Of a stretch of DNA of 43,149 nt, positions 35,917-43,094 are shown in pieces. This DNA comes from an uncultured Gammaproteobacteria bacterium. GTDB taxonomy: Bacteria > Patescibacteriota > Microgenomatia > UBA12405. Positions within the stretch are counted from its first letter, which is position 1. Each line of letters begins with the position of its first letter. The translations under genes were made by a program, and so were the position numbers. The stretch is taken from positions 1 to 43,149 of the forward strand of contig CAZVMP010000003.1 of NCBI GenBank assembly GCA_964628885.1. Reading direction: 5' to 3'. The notes below the pieces were generated by a model that ran no database searches, was not told the DNA's origin, and worked only from the letters and a program-made list of their open reading frames with translations.

Positions 35917-37350
35917 ATGTTAAAAATAAAAAATAATAAATGGTGGTGGCTGGTAATAGTAGTAATTGGATTGGGGTTAGTGATTAGATTAAAGAATTTT
36001 AGAGTATTACCAGTAGACGGTCATCCAATGAGACAGACAGACACTGAATGTGTAGCTTATTTTCTGTATACCGGTAAGGCTAGTTTCTTTAAGCCGAAAA
36101 GTTGTTTAATGAGGCCGGTGAGTAATATTGATGGTTATTTTTTATTAGAAATGCCATTTTATGAAAAATTGATTGCAGTGAGTTATAAAATTTTTGTTTC
36201 AGAGATATGGGCAGCTCGAATAGTTAATCTTCTTTTGTATTTAGTTGGAGCAGTAGCTGCGTGGAAATTTTTAAGTGAATGGTTGGGTAAAAAATCAGGA
36301 ATTTTGGGATTAATAATTTACAGTTTGATGCCGGGGAGTATTTTTTTTGTGGGCCATGCGATTCATCCAGATGCTATGGCGGTGAGTTTAATTTGGGTAG
36401 CATTGTACTTAGTTTATAAATATAGTCAGAATAGAAATTATAGATGGTTAATTAGTAGTGGAATAATGATGGGGATTAGTGTCGCTAGTCGACCATTCGG
36501 ATTAATTTGTTTACCACTGTTGTTTTATTTTTTGTGGCAGAAAAAAAGCAAATTTAGAGACTATGTGACATTGATGGTTTTATCGGTAGGGTTTTATGGT
36601 TGGTGGCAGTGGTGGGTAAATTATTTAAATTTAGATATGAGTTGGGAAAATTGGGTATTGGCGGGTCGGGAGAAGTTGTTTGATTTAGGATTGTTAAAAA
36701 ACTTAATTTGGAAAAATGTGGTTGGTGAGGTAATGGGTAAGGTGGCCAGTGTGCTAGCAGGGATAGGTTTGATGGTGGGGATTATTAAAAAAGATAAAAA
36801 AATAAGACCACTAATTTTGTGGATTTTTGGAGTAATGGTTTATTGGTTGATAGTACCAAATGGTAATTTAACTCATCAATATTATGCTGATGTATATATC
36901 CCGTTGGTAGTAATTTTGGCAGCAATGGGATGGAAATTTGTTTGGGATAAGAGTTGGCTGATAGCAATCTTAATTTTACCAGTGTTGATATGGAATGGAG
37001 TTAGGGTAAGTAATTATTTTTTTCAACCAGAGATTGAGGCAAGAGAAAATATTAAAATTGCTAATGAAATTAAAAAAGAAATCGGTGAGGATAAAAAGAT
37101 AATTTATTTAGTGAGAAATAATTCAATCCCATTGTCTTTAGCACATCGTCAAGGGTGGATGTTGGGTGAGTGGCCTACTGATGTGGCGGGACATATTTGG
37201 GCATTTATGGAAATGAGAAATTATGAATTTGATTATATTGTTGAACCTAAAAATAAAAAAGATTTGAAGAGCGAAGATTGGGAAATTATTAAACAAAATT
37301 ATCCACTAGAAAAGGAAGGAGAAACAATAAATATCTTTAAAAGAAAGTAG
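35917..37350 (+). CDS. GT-C fold membrane glycosyltransferase (GT39/ArnT-like)
   Basis: About 11-12 TM helices, first loop 'HPMRQTDT' with acidic residue, 'EMPFY', 'HPDAM', small C-terminal extracytoplasmic domain. Confidence 0.8.
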   Translation: MLKIKNNKWWWLVIVVIGLGLVIRLKNFRVLPVDGHPMRQTDTECVAYFLYTGKASFFKPKSCLMRPVSNIDGYFLLEMPFYEKLIAVSYKIFVSEIWAARIVNLLLYLVGAVAAWKFLSEWLGKKSGILGLIIYSLMPGSIFFVGHAIHPDAMAVSLIWVALYLVYKYSQNRNYRWLISSGIMMGISVASRPFGLICLPLLFYFLWQKKSKFRDYVTLMVLSVGFYGWWQWWVNYLNLDMSWENWVLAGREKLFDLGLLKNLIWKNVVGEVMGKVASVLAGIGLMVGIIKKDKKIRPLILWIFGVMVYWLIVPNGNLTHQYYADVYIPLVVILAAMGWKFVWDKSWLIAILILPVLIWNGVRVSNYFFQPEIEARENIKIANEIKKEIGEDKKIIYLVRNNSIPLSLAHRQGWMLGEWPTDVAGHIWAFMEMRNYEFDYIVEPKNKKDLKSEDWEIIKQNYPLEKEGETINIFKRK

Positions 37351-37685
37351 TGTGAACTAAAAGTTACTATTCTTGAACTTTTAGAGTATCTCGTTAAAGA
37401 GAAAGTAAAAATAGACGAATGTTAGATTATTTTTCTGTTTTGTTGGATAAAAATAAAGATAGAATAGATAGGGAGATTGAGGATATTGTGCCGTAAATAC
37501 ATTACATTTGTCTTATAACTTGACAGATACCAAACCAAAAAGATACTTTTTTAAATCTGCTGATTTATTAGAAGACGATGATTTATCTGATGAGGTTGAA
37601 AGTGCAGGTGGCGAAGCCATGTTTTCATTATGGACTTTATTTTGTCACTTTCTTGTAGTTGTTGTTCATTCATTTTTATTTTTAA

Positions 37686-38219
37686 TTAAATTGTGCCTTC
37701 AATTAGTAAAATAATCTCATTTAACTTCGAGTTGGTTTTTCTTTTAGTGTTTATTGTTTTTTTGGGAAATAATCTAAAAAAGTCTTTATTTTCTTCTGTT
37801 CTGATGTTTTTTAAAAATTCTTTTTTATATTTTAATTTGCACTTACCAGTTTTATTAGGAATATCATCTTGGTTATCACATAATATGCTCAATAAAAGAA
37901 ATTCGATGCAAGGTGTTATTTCTATTAGTTTTATATTATTTATATTTGCTTGTTTCCTAGCTTTTTCCATTTCTTCTGTTTTTTTATCGTTATCGAGCAC
38001 AGTAACTCTGTTATCATATAAACCATGAGAATTTATAGTTTCCAAGACTAGACCGTCTGCAGTGCCGCCCATTCCATTTCTTATCGTTAGTTTTACTCTG
38101 TCTCTATGGGTATATAAGGATTCAAGATATTTAAGAAAGTTTGAATCTCTTAACCCTTCCGCTATTACCAGAATCGTTTTTTTTGGTGTCTTTCGATTTT
38201 GTTTAACAAGTTCTGGCAT
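37686..38219 (-). CDS. RloB/AbiLii-like TOPRIM-type protein
   Basis: 'LVIAEG..D..FL', 'VLDND' (DxD), 'PCIEFLLL' match the RloB pattern; 12 nt downstream of the ATPase. Confidence 0.75.
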   Translation of the reverse strand: MPELVKQNRKTPKKTILVIAEGLRDSNFLKYLESLYTHRDRVKLTIRNGMGGTADGLVLETINSHGLYDNRVTVLDNDKKTEEMEKARKQANINNIKLIEITPCIEFLLLSILCDNQDDIPNKTGKCKLKYKKEFLKNIRTEENKDFFRLFPKKTINTKRKTNSKLNEIILLIEGTI

Positions 38220-38231
38220 AAATTTTTAACC

Positions 38232-39443
38232 TTAACTTATATTTGGGAAAGCACCATAGGCTCCAGTAATATATTTGAGATAATAATTATCATCTGGTCT
38301 GATACCAGACATGTCATCTAATCTCCATGATTCGCTTACTCCATCTTTATTCTTTTCTACTAAGATTATTTGGTATTTATTTAATTTACTTAAAATAAGA
38401 TGACTGTGGGTGCTGAATATTAGTTGGGCGTTATGTGGGTTGGTTTCTGGCTGCATAAAGAGGTTAAATAACGAGATAACTATTTCTGGGTGTAAATTTA
38501 CATCTATTTCATCCAATACAGCGATACCACCCCTACTTAATACTATTAAAATTGATTTAAGCATTGTAAAAAGCTGTCGTGTCCCCGAAGATTCATATCT
38601 TATATCTAGATAATGTTTCACTCCTTTAAATATATGAGTACCTTTTGCTTCTATATGTATCTGACCATTGTCTTCTTTTGTTTTTTTGATATCAAATGAA
38701 TCTAAACCGAGATCAAAACTAGAGAGTAATTTTTCCGCCTCTTTTTTAAGAATTTTATTCTCGCTAAAAAAATCTAATGTTTCAATGAAATTTATATCAG
38801 AATTAGCTAATAAATAATCACCTATCCAACCTGATTCAATAACATTTGTTTCTATGTTATTCCAAAAGTTTGCTATTTTTTGACTAGGTATATGATTTAG
38901 TCGTATAGCACTTCCGATTATACTAGTATTTTTTCTTAGTGATTCCTCAAACCCTTTTGGAAATTTGAAGTTTTTACCATTAAATCGGTATTTCTTTTCA
39001 GATTCATTCCAAATGCGTGAAAATGCTGTTTTATAGGTATTTTTTTCTTTAGTAATACTTCTAAATGAGAGTTTTTCGTTCAGAATTCTTTCTGAATTTA
39101 ATATAAATTTATATATATAAACTATACCGTCTATCTCAAATTTAGCCGATAACTCCGTTGGATCTTTTTTGTTTTCGAATTTAAAAGCCTGAACTGCTAT
39201 TGGATCGTTTGGATTAAGACTGAAAGAACCAATCATAAGCCATTTCATAAATGGTAATGCTTTTAATAGATTAGTTTTACCAGAAGCATTGGATCCTATA
39301 ACTGTTTCTGCTTTTGACAATCTGGTTTTTGATTTGTCTTTAAAAAATCCGTTGCTTTTTGGTGCGTGCTTGTTAACTACAAAATTAACTGTTGTCAAAT
39401 CTTTAAAGGAATAAAAATTTTTACAAGAAAAAGAATGAATCAT
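38232..39443 (-). CDS. AAA_21-type ABC-like ATPase (RloA/AbiLi-like)
   Basis: 'FSCKNFYSFKD', Walker A GSNASGKTN, 'YESSGT', Walker B VLDEIDVNLHP, 'QLIFSTH', C-terminal 'YITGAYGAFP'. Confidence 0.9.
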   Translation of the reverse strand: MIHSFSCKNFYSFKDLTTVNFVVNKHAPKSNGFFKDKSKTRLSKAETVIGSNASGKTNLLKALPFMKWLMIGSFSLNPNDPIAVQAFKFENKKDPTELSAKFEIDGIVYIYKFILNSERILNEKLSFRSITKEKNTYKTAFSRIWNESEKKYRFNGKNFKFPKGFEESLRKNTSIIGSAIRLNHIPSQKIANFWNNIETNVIESGWIGDYLLANSDINFIETLDFFSENKILKKEAEKLLSSFDLGLDSFDIKKTKEDNGQIHIEAKGTHIFKGVKHYLDIRYESSGTRQLFTMLKSILIVLSRGGIAVLDEIDVNLHPEIVISLFNLFMQPETNPHNAQLIFSTHSHLILSKLNKYQIILVEKNKDGVSESWRLDDMSGIRPDDNYYLKYITGAYGAFPNIS

Positions 39444-39545
39444 ATAGTTGGTATATTATCAATGGTTGGTCTATATGTCAATATTTAACATTATTTTGTT
39501 AAATATTGCTTTATAAGTATATATTTTGTTTAGTTTTGGAAAATT

Positions 39546-39718
39546 GTGCGCGTTAGGTATCATTGTGCTAAAAATAGTTTTGTTGAACTCAGAGCAAATG
39601 GATGGAGTTTTGATCGGATCTAAAAAAACTTAATGTTTCTAAACTAACATTGATAAATTATGGCTCAATCCTGACTTTATTAAGATTGTACTGGTCAATT
39701 CAAAAAACTAAACAGTAA
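39546..39718 (+). pseudogene. Frameshifted HTH DNA-binding protein remnant
   Basis: Frame 1 'FVELRANGWSFDRI*' (TAA 39621-23) continues in another frame as 'KKLNVSKLTLIN'; restoring 1 nt gives a coherent HTH. Confidence 0.6.
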
Positions 39719-39822
39719 ATTATCGTTGCAAATGGCTATTGGTAGTGAAGTCAATTTTAAAGGTTAAAACAAAAAATCAAACTTTTAAAAAAGTGTTCAT
39801 TTTTGCAACGGTGCCCAATAAG

Positions 39823-39896
39823 TGAGTCTAAGAGGACTCGAACCTCTGACCTCTTCGATGTCAACGAAGCGCTCTAACCAACTGAGCTATAGACTC
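39823..39896 (-). tRNA. tRNA-Val(GAC)
   Basis: Reverse complement GAGTCTATAGCTCAGTTGGTTAGAGCG-CTTCG-TTGACAT-CGAAG-AGGTC-AGAGGTTCGAGTCCTCT-TAGACTCA. Confidence 0.96.
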
Positions 39897-39920
39897 GTTT
39901 GATAGCCAAAATTATATCAT

Positions 39921-40502
39921 TTAGTTGGTGGAACGGGAAACACTGTGTTCACCGCTTAAGAGATATTGCTCTCCTCCATTTTTTTTGTTTTTAACTGTGT
40001 TCCAAAAAGTATTTTTGCGGTTTTTTTTGTGATTAAAACTTTCTAGCCAAAGACATGACTGGTCAATATTTCTTCTAAACTGGATAATTAAGGATTTAAT
40101 TCGAGATAAAAAATTAAGCTGATATTGATTGATTTCAACAATATTTTGGTTAGTAACTTGAATAATCTCACTCTCAAGATTGTCAGTACTTTTTATAAGT
40201 TGGCTAATTTCTTGACGAAGTTCTTTGATAGCAACATTTGTTTCTTGAAAACGTTGGTTGACAAACAGAGACTGTTCTTGAGCAACAGATTTAGAGGAAA
40301 ACTCATGACTCCAATTAATTTGACTTGGTTGAGATTCTTGAGAATGAAGAAAAAGACTTTGGCCAGGGAATAATGTTCCTGAGGTTTTTTGAGGTATTTT
40401 AGGAGTTTGTTGATCAGGAAATTCTTTGAGAATTTCGCTATTATGTTTATTAAAAATAGTCTTGTTTTTTGGGTTCTGCTTAACCCCAAAACCACCTGCC
40501 AT
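39921..40502 (-). CDS. DUF5660-like conserved hypothetical protein
   Basis: C-terminal 'IKELRQEISQL...NFLSRI...WLESFNHKK...FWN...GGEQYLLSGEHSVSRS' recognised from memory as the Microgenomates DUF5660 pattern; not searched. Confidence 0.65.
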   Translation of the reverse strand: MAGGFGVKQNPKNKTIFNKHNSEILKEFPDQQTPKIPQKTSGTLFPGQSLFLHSQESQPSQINWSHEFSSKSVAQEQSLFVNQRFQETNVAIKELRQEISQLIKSTDNLESEIIQVTNQNIVEINQYQLNFLSRIKSLIIQFRRNIDQSCLWLESFNHKKNRKNTFWNTVKNKKNGGEQYLLSGEHSVSRSTN

Positions 40503-40520
40503 ATTGATTATTTTAACAAA

Positions 40521-41330
40521 TTATTGCTTTTTTAAAAACTCAAAAACCTTTTGCTGAGTTAAAAGATAGTAAACCATGTTAGTATTTTGAGATAATTGAG
40601 GATTTTTGGCTAGTAAATCCTTAATTTCGGTATCTGAGATTTCAATTTTATTATTTTTAGCAATTTGGGTAATGGCTAGATTTATAGTCCATTCTTGAGT
40701 AATACGTTTTTTAAGATCGTTTTGATAATCTTCTAGGGTTTGTTTACGAGATTCTAAATATTGTTGGACAGTGATTCCGGCCTGATTAGCTTGATCAACC
40801 AAGTGAGATAGTTGGTGTTGGACATCTGATTGAATAAGAATTTCAGGGAGATCTAGTTTAGAATGTTTAACTATAGATTGAATAATTTTATCTAAGCGGG
40901 CGTTATTATCTTTAATAGTTTTGTCTTGATTGATGGTTTTAACTTCTTTTAAATATTCAGGATTAAGTTCAATTTCTGGGAGTTCACTACCAGTAATTTC
41001 AACTTGCCAATCGTGGTCAAAATCAGGATTATTATTTTTGAATTTTATCTGGGGCTGAGTGATAGGTTTAAGTTTGTTTTCAGTAACAGCATTTGAATAT
41101 CGATGGGAAATAAGATGTGAGGCAACTTCTTCAAAAATTTTTTCAGGAGAAATTTGTGACTCAACAACACTAAGAGGAGCCTTACCTTTACGGAAACCTT
41201 TAGTTTCAAAATTAGACTGGAGAGATTTTAAGGTTTTTTGGTACTCTTCTTTAATATCCTTAACTTTAATTTCTAGGTTAAGAATGAAAGATTTGTCCTT
41301 AAGTTTTTGAATTGGAGAGTTTGGTTTCAT
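40521..41330 (-). CDS. tig: Trigger factor (short, no PPIase domain)
   Basis: Ribosome-binding signature GFRKGKAP in the N-domain, then directly a SurA-like C-domain ('LPEILIQSDV...YL'). Confidence 0.88.
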   Translation of the reverse strand: MKPNSPIQKLKDKSFILNLEIKVKDIKEEYQKTLKSLQSNFETKGFRKGKAPLSVVESQISPEKIFEEVASHLISHRYSNAVTENKLKPITQPQIKFKNNNPDFDHDWQVEITGSELPEIELNPEYLKEVKTINQDKTIKDNNARLDKIIQSIVKHSKLDLPEILIQSDVQHQLSHLVDQANQAGITVQQYLESRKQTLEDYQNDLKKRITQEWTINLAITQIAKNNKIEISDTEIKDLLAKNPQLSQNTNMVYYLLTQQKVFEFLKKQ

Positions 41331-41360
41331 AAGTGTGCTTATGATACCATAGAAATAGGA
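41331..41360. promoter_or_regulatory. Overlapping bidirectional extended -10 promoter
   Basis: Central ATGATACCAT reads TGaTACCAT on plus and TGgTATCAT on minus, with 10 nt to each ATG. Confidence 0.6.
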
Positions 41361-41972
41361 ATGGAAAAATTAATAAGTAAAATTAAAAGAACGGTATTAT
41401 CGGTATCATTTATGGTTTTGGGTGTTATGGCGTTTTTCTGGGAACTAAATTATTTAAATAAGGTTGATGATAAAAAAAATGTCTTGGGAGCTTTTAATGA
41501 TCAAATTTTGAATTTAACAATTATGGGGTCTGAGGATAATCTTAAACCTATCCAGGTTAGAGAAAGAGTTTCTGGAGATGATGCCCGACCAGTTATTATC
41601 AGAAAATATTTGGAAAAATATAAATCCCCCTTAGCTCCCTACTCTGACTTGATTTATGAGATCTCGAATGATTACGGTTTTGAATATTATTGGATAGTAG
41701 CGATAGCTCAACAAGAATCAAATTTGTGTAAAAAAATACCAGAAAATTCTCATAATTGTTGGGGGTATGGAATTCATAAACGAGGAACCTTAAAATTTGA
41801 AAATTATGAGCTAGCTATTAGAAGTTATGCGGAATATTTAAAAAGAGAGTATTTTGACAAAGGATTGGATACACCAGAGCTAATAATGAAGAAATATTGT
41901 CCAAGCTCTGAAGGTTCTTGGGCAAGAGGAGTTTGGCAGTTTATTAATGAGATGGAAAATGGTGATTTTTGA
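41361..41972 (+). CDS. Membrane-anchored lysozyme-fold (glucosaminidase/SLT-like) protein
   Basis: N-terminal TM helix; 'IVAIAQQESN', 'HNCWGYG', 'FENYELAI', 'KYCP'; start 41361 (track 41307 overlaps tig). Confidence 0.65.
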   Translation: MEKLISKIKRTVLSVSFMVLGVMAFFWELNYLNKVDDKKNVLGAFNDQILNLTIMGSEDNLKPIQVRERVSGDDARPVIIRKYLEKYKSPLAPYSDLIYEISNDYGFEYYWIVAIAQQESNLCKKIPENSHNCWGYGIHKRGTLKFENYELAIRSYAEYLKREYFDKGLDTPELIMKKYCPSSEGSWARGVWQFINEMENGDF

Positions 41973-41991
41973 TATGTATCTAAGATGTATA

Positions 41992-42020
41992 TTGACATGT
42001 ATATAATATTTTGATATATT
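41992..42020 (+). promoter_or_regulatory. Near-consensus sigma70 promoter
   Basis: TTGACA (41992-97), 17 bp, TATATT (42015-20) with extended TG at 42012-13. Confidence 0.75.
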
Positions 42021-42028
42021 ATATACAG

Positions 42029-42074
42029 ATCCTGGGGTGGCTCCTCTAAAAAGCATACTCTGGGATTTTTTTTT
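42029..42074 (+). terminator. Hairpin plus U9 tract (terminator, attenuator or small RNA)
   Basis: 14-bp stem 42029-42 with 42052-66 (4 G-U pairs, 1 bulge, 9-nt loop), run of nine T at 42066-74. Confidence 0.7.
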
Positions 42075-42155
42075 GGTTAAAAACGAGCCTGTTAAAAAGA
42101 GACTTTTAAAGATAAGGGGTTTAAATTACTGTTGAATAGAGTTAAAATCAAATTC

Positions 42156-42719
42156 ATGGCAGTTATATCAACATCTCAGTTCAAACGAGGAATCTATATT
42201 ATTTTTCAAGATGAACCACACATGATTGTGGATATGTCTTTTGTTTCACCAGGGAAAGGTTCGGCATTTTATAGAACCAAGATTAAAAATCTTTATACTG
42301 GGAGAATGTTGGATTATACTTATAAATCTGGAGAAAAGGTAGAAGAGGTATTGGTAGAAACCCATGAAGCAGAATATTCTTATTTTGATGGATCAAATTA
42401 TGTTTTTATTGAACCTAGAACATTTGAGCAATATGCAGTACCAGTTGATATTGTAGGAGAAGACAAGGTTTATTTAAAAGAAGGATTATTATATAGGATA
42501 AAGTTTTATGAAGAAATTCCAGTAGGAATTAGTTTACCAAAAACCATTTCTTATAAGGTGATAGAAGCAGAAAATTCAGTTAAGGGTGATACAGCAACCA
42601 ATGCAACCAAACAGGTAGTTTTAGATACCGGGCTTAAGGTTCAGGTGCCGTTATTTATAAAGACGGGGGAGGAAATTTTAGTCAGTACGGAAACTGGAGC
42701 TTATTTGTCACGAAAGTAA
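42156..42719 (+). CDS. efp: Elongation factor P
   Basis: 'SPGKGSAF', 'VKGDTA', 'TGLKVQVPLFI..GE.I.V.T.TG.Y..R'; start 42156 (track 42132). Confidence 0.96.
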   Translation: MAVISTSQFKRGIYIIFQDEPHMIVDMSFVSPGKGSAFYRTKIKNLYTGRMLDYTYKSGEKVEEVLVETHEAEYSYFDGSNYVFIEPRTFEQYAVPVDIVGEDKVYLKEGLLYRIKFYEEIPVGISLPKTISYKVIEAENSVKGDTATNATKQVVLDTGLKVQVPLFIKTGEEILVSTETGAYLSRK

Positions 42720-42749
42720 GATACTTTGGTAAAATACAGAATAGTATTT

Positions 42750-42823
42750 GTCCTCATAGCTCAGTTGGATAGAGCGCCTCCCTTCTAAGGAGGAGGTCGC
42801 AGGTTCGATCCCTGCTGAGGATA
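42750..42823 (+). tRNA. tRNA-Arg(UCU)
   Basis: GTCCTCA...CCTCC-CTTCTAA-GGAGG...GCAGGTTCGATCCCTGC-TGAGGATA. Confidence 0.95.
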
Positions 42824-42835
42824 CTCGGGAACTAA

Positions 42836-42907
42836 GCGCCTATAGCTCAATGGATAGAGTACTAGTCTTCGGAACTAGTGATGGGGGTTCAATTCCCTCT
42901 GGGCGCA
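42836..42907 (+). tRNA. tRNA-Arg(UCG)
   Basis: GCGCCTA...CTAGT-CTTCGGA-ACTAG...GGGGGTTCAATTCCCTC-TGGGCGCA. Confidence 0.95.
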
Positions 42908-42920
42908 CTTTTTAAAATTG

Positions 42921-42993
42921 GGGTTTGTAGCTCAGTTGGTAGAGCGGTCGCCTCTTAAGCGATTGGTCGCGGGTTCGAGTCCCGCCGAACCCA
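42921..42993 (+). tRNA. tRNA-Lys(CUU)
   Basis: GGGTTTG...GTCGC-CTCTTAA-GCGAT...GCGGGTTCGAGTCCCGC-CGAACCCA. Confidence 0.95.
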
Positions 42994-43024
42994 CAAAATT
43001 TAGAAAAGTTCGTTAAAATAGATT

Positions 43025-43094
43025 ATTAACCCTTAAGATCTGGCGCCTCGGTATTACCTGAAGTAGTGCTGGGCACCAGATTTTAGGGATTAAT
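43025..43094 (+). ncRNA. Candidate structured RNA (about 30-bp interrupted hairpin)
   Basis: Pairing traced by hand from A43025-T43094 up to C43057-G43063; 4 G-U pairs favour the plus strand; TAAAAT at 43014-19 just upstream. Confidence 0.45.

Noticed and set aside
37508-37714. Plus-strand 68-aa ORF, and minus-strand fragments (a 40-aa ORF from 37673, a Ser-rich 35-aa ORF, a hydrophobic stretch near 37450) downstream of the RloB-like gene
   Set aside because: TTG start, overlap with the RloB-like stop, no family motif; the fragments could be a decayed membrane-protein gene but cannot be joined convincingly by eye
35755-39822. attL/attR direct repeat of the tRNA-Val 3' end bounding the islet; integrase gene
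   Set aside because: No repeat longer than about 6 bp (GAGTCT near 35856) was found by eye and no integrase is present, so no mobile_element feature was called
439-41310. Many 60-110 aa ORFs in the track that lie antisense to, or in another frame of, long genes (e.g. 439..705, 2164..2481, 8242..8553, 10093..10368, 17420..17746, 35197..35517, 37693..38028, 40125..40373)
   Set aside because: Fully overlap well-supported genes, have no recognisable motifs, and are expected shadow ORFs
42029-42074. Identification of the efp-upstream hairpin as a preQ1-I riboswitch
   Set aside because: Only a superficial short stem plus A-rich tail; the loop is too small and lacks the conserved preQ1 loop residues, and no queuosine gene is adjacent
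9495-42155. Longer ORF-track starts for pth, pilB, pilD, several pilins, pheS, the lysozyme-like gene and efp
   Set aside because: The extensions cross promoters, terminators or neighbouring genes and lack family similarity; downstream ATGs were adopted
43025-43094. Identification of the long hairpin as SRP (4.5S) RNA, tRNA-Sec or a CRISPR repeat
   Set aside because: No GNRA-capped helix 8 with CAGG/AGCAG internal loops, no cloverleaf, and it is single-copy with no spacers
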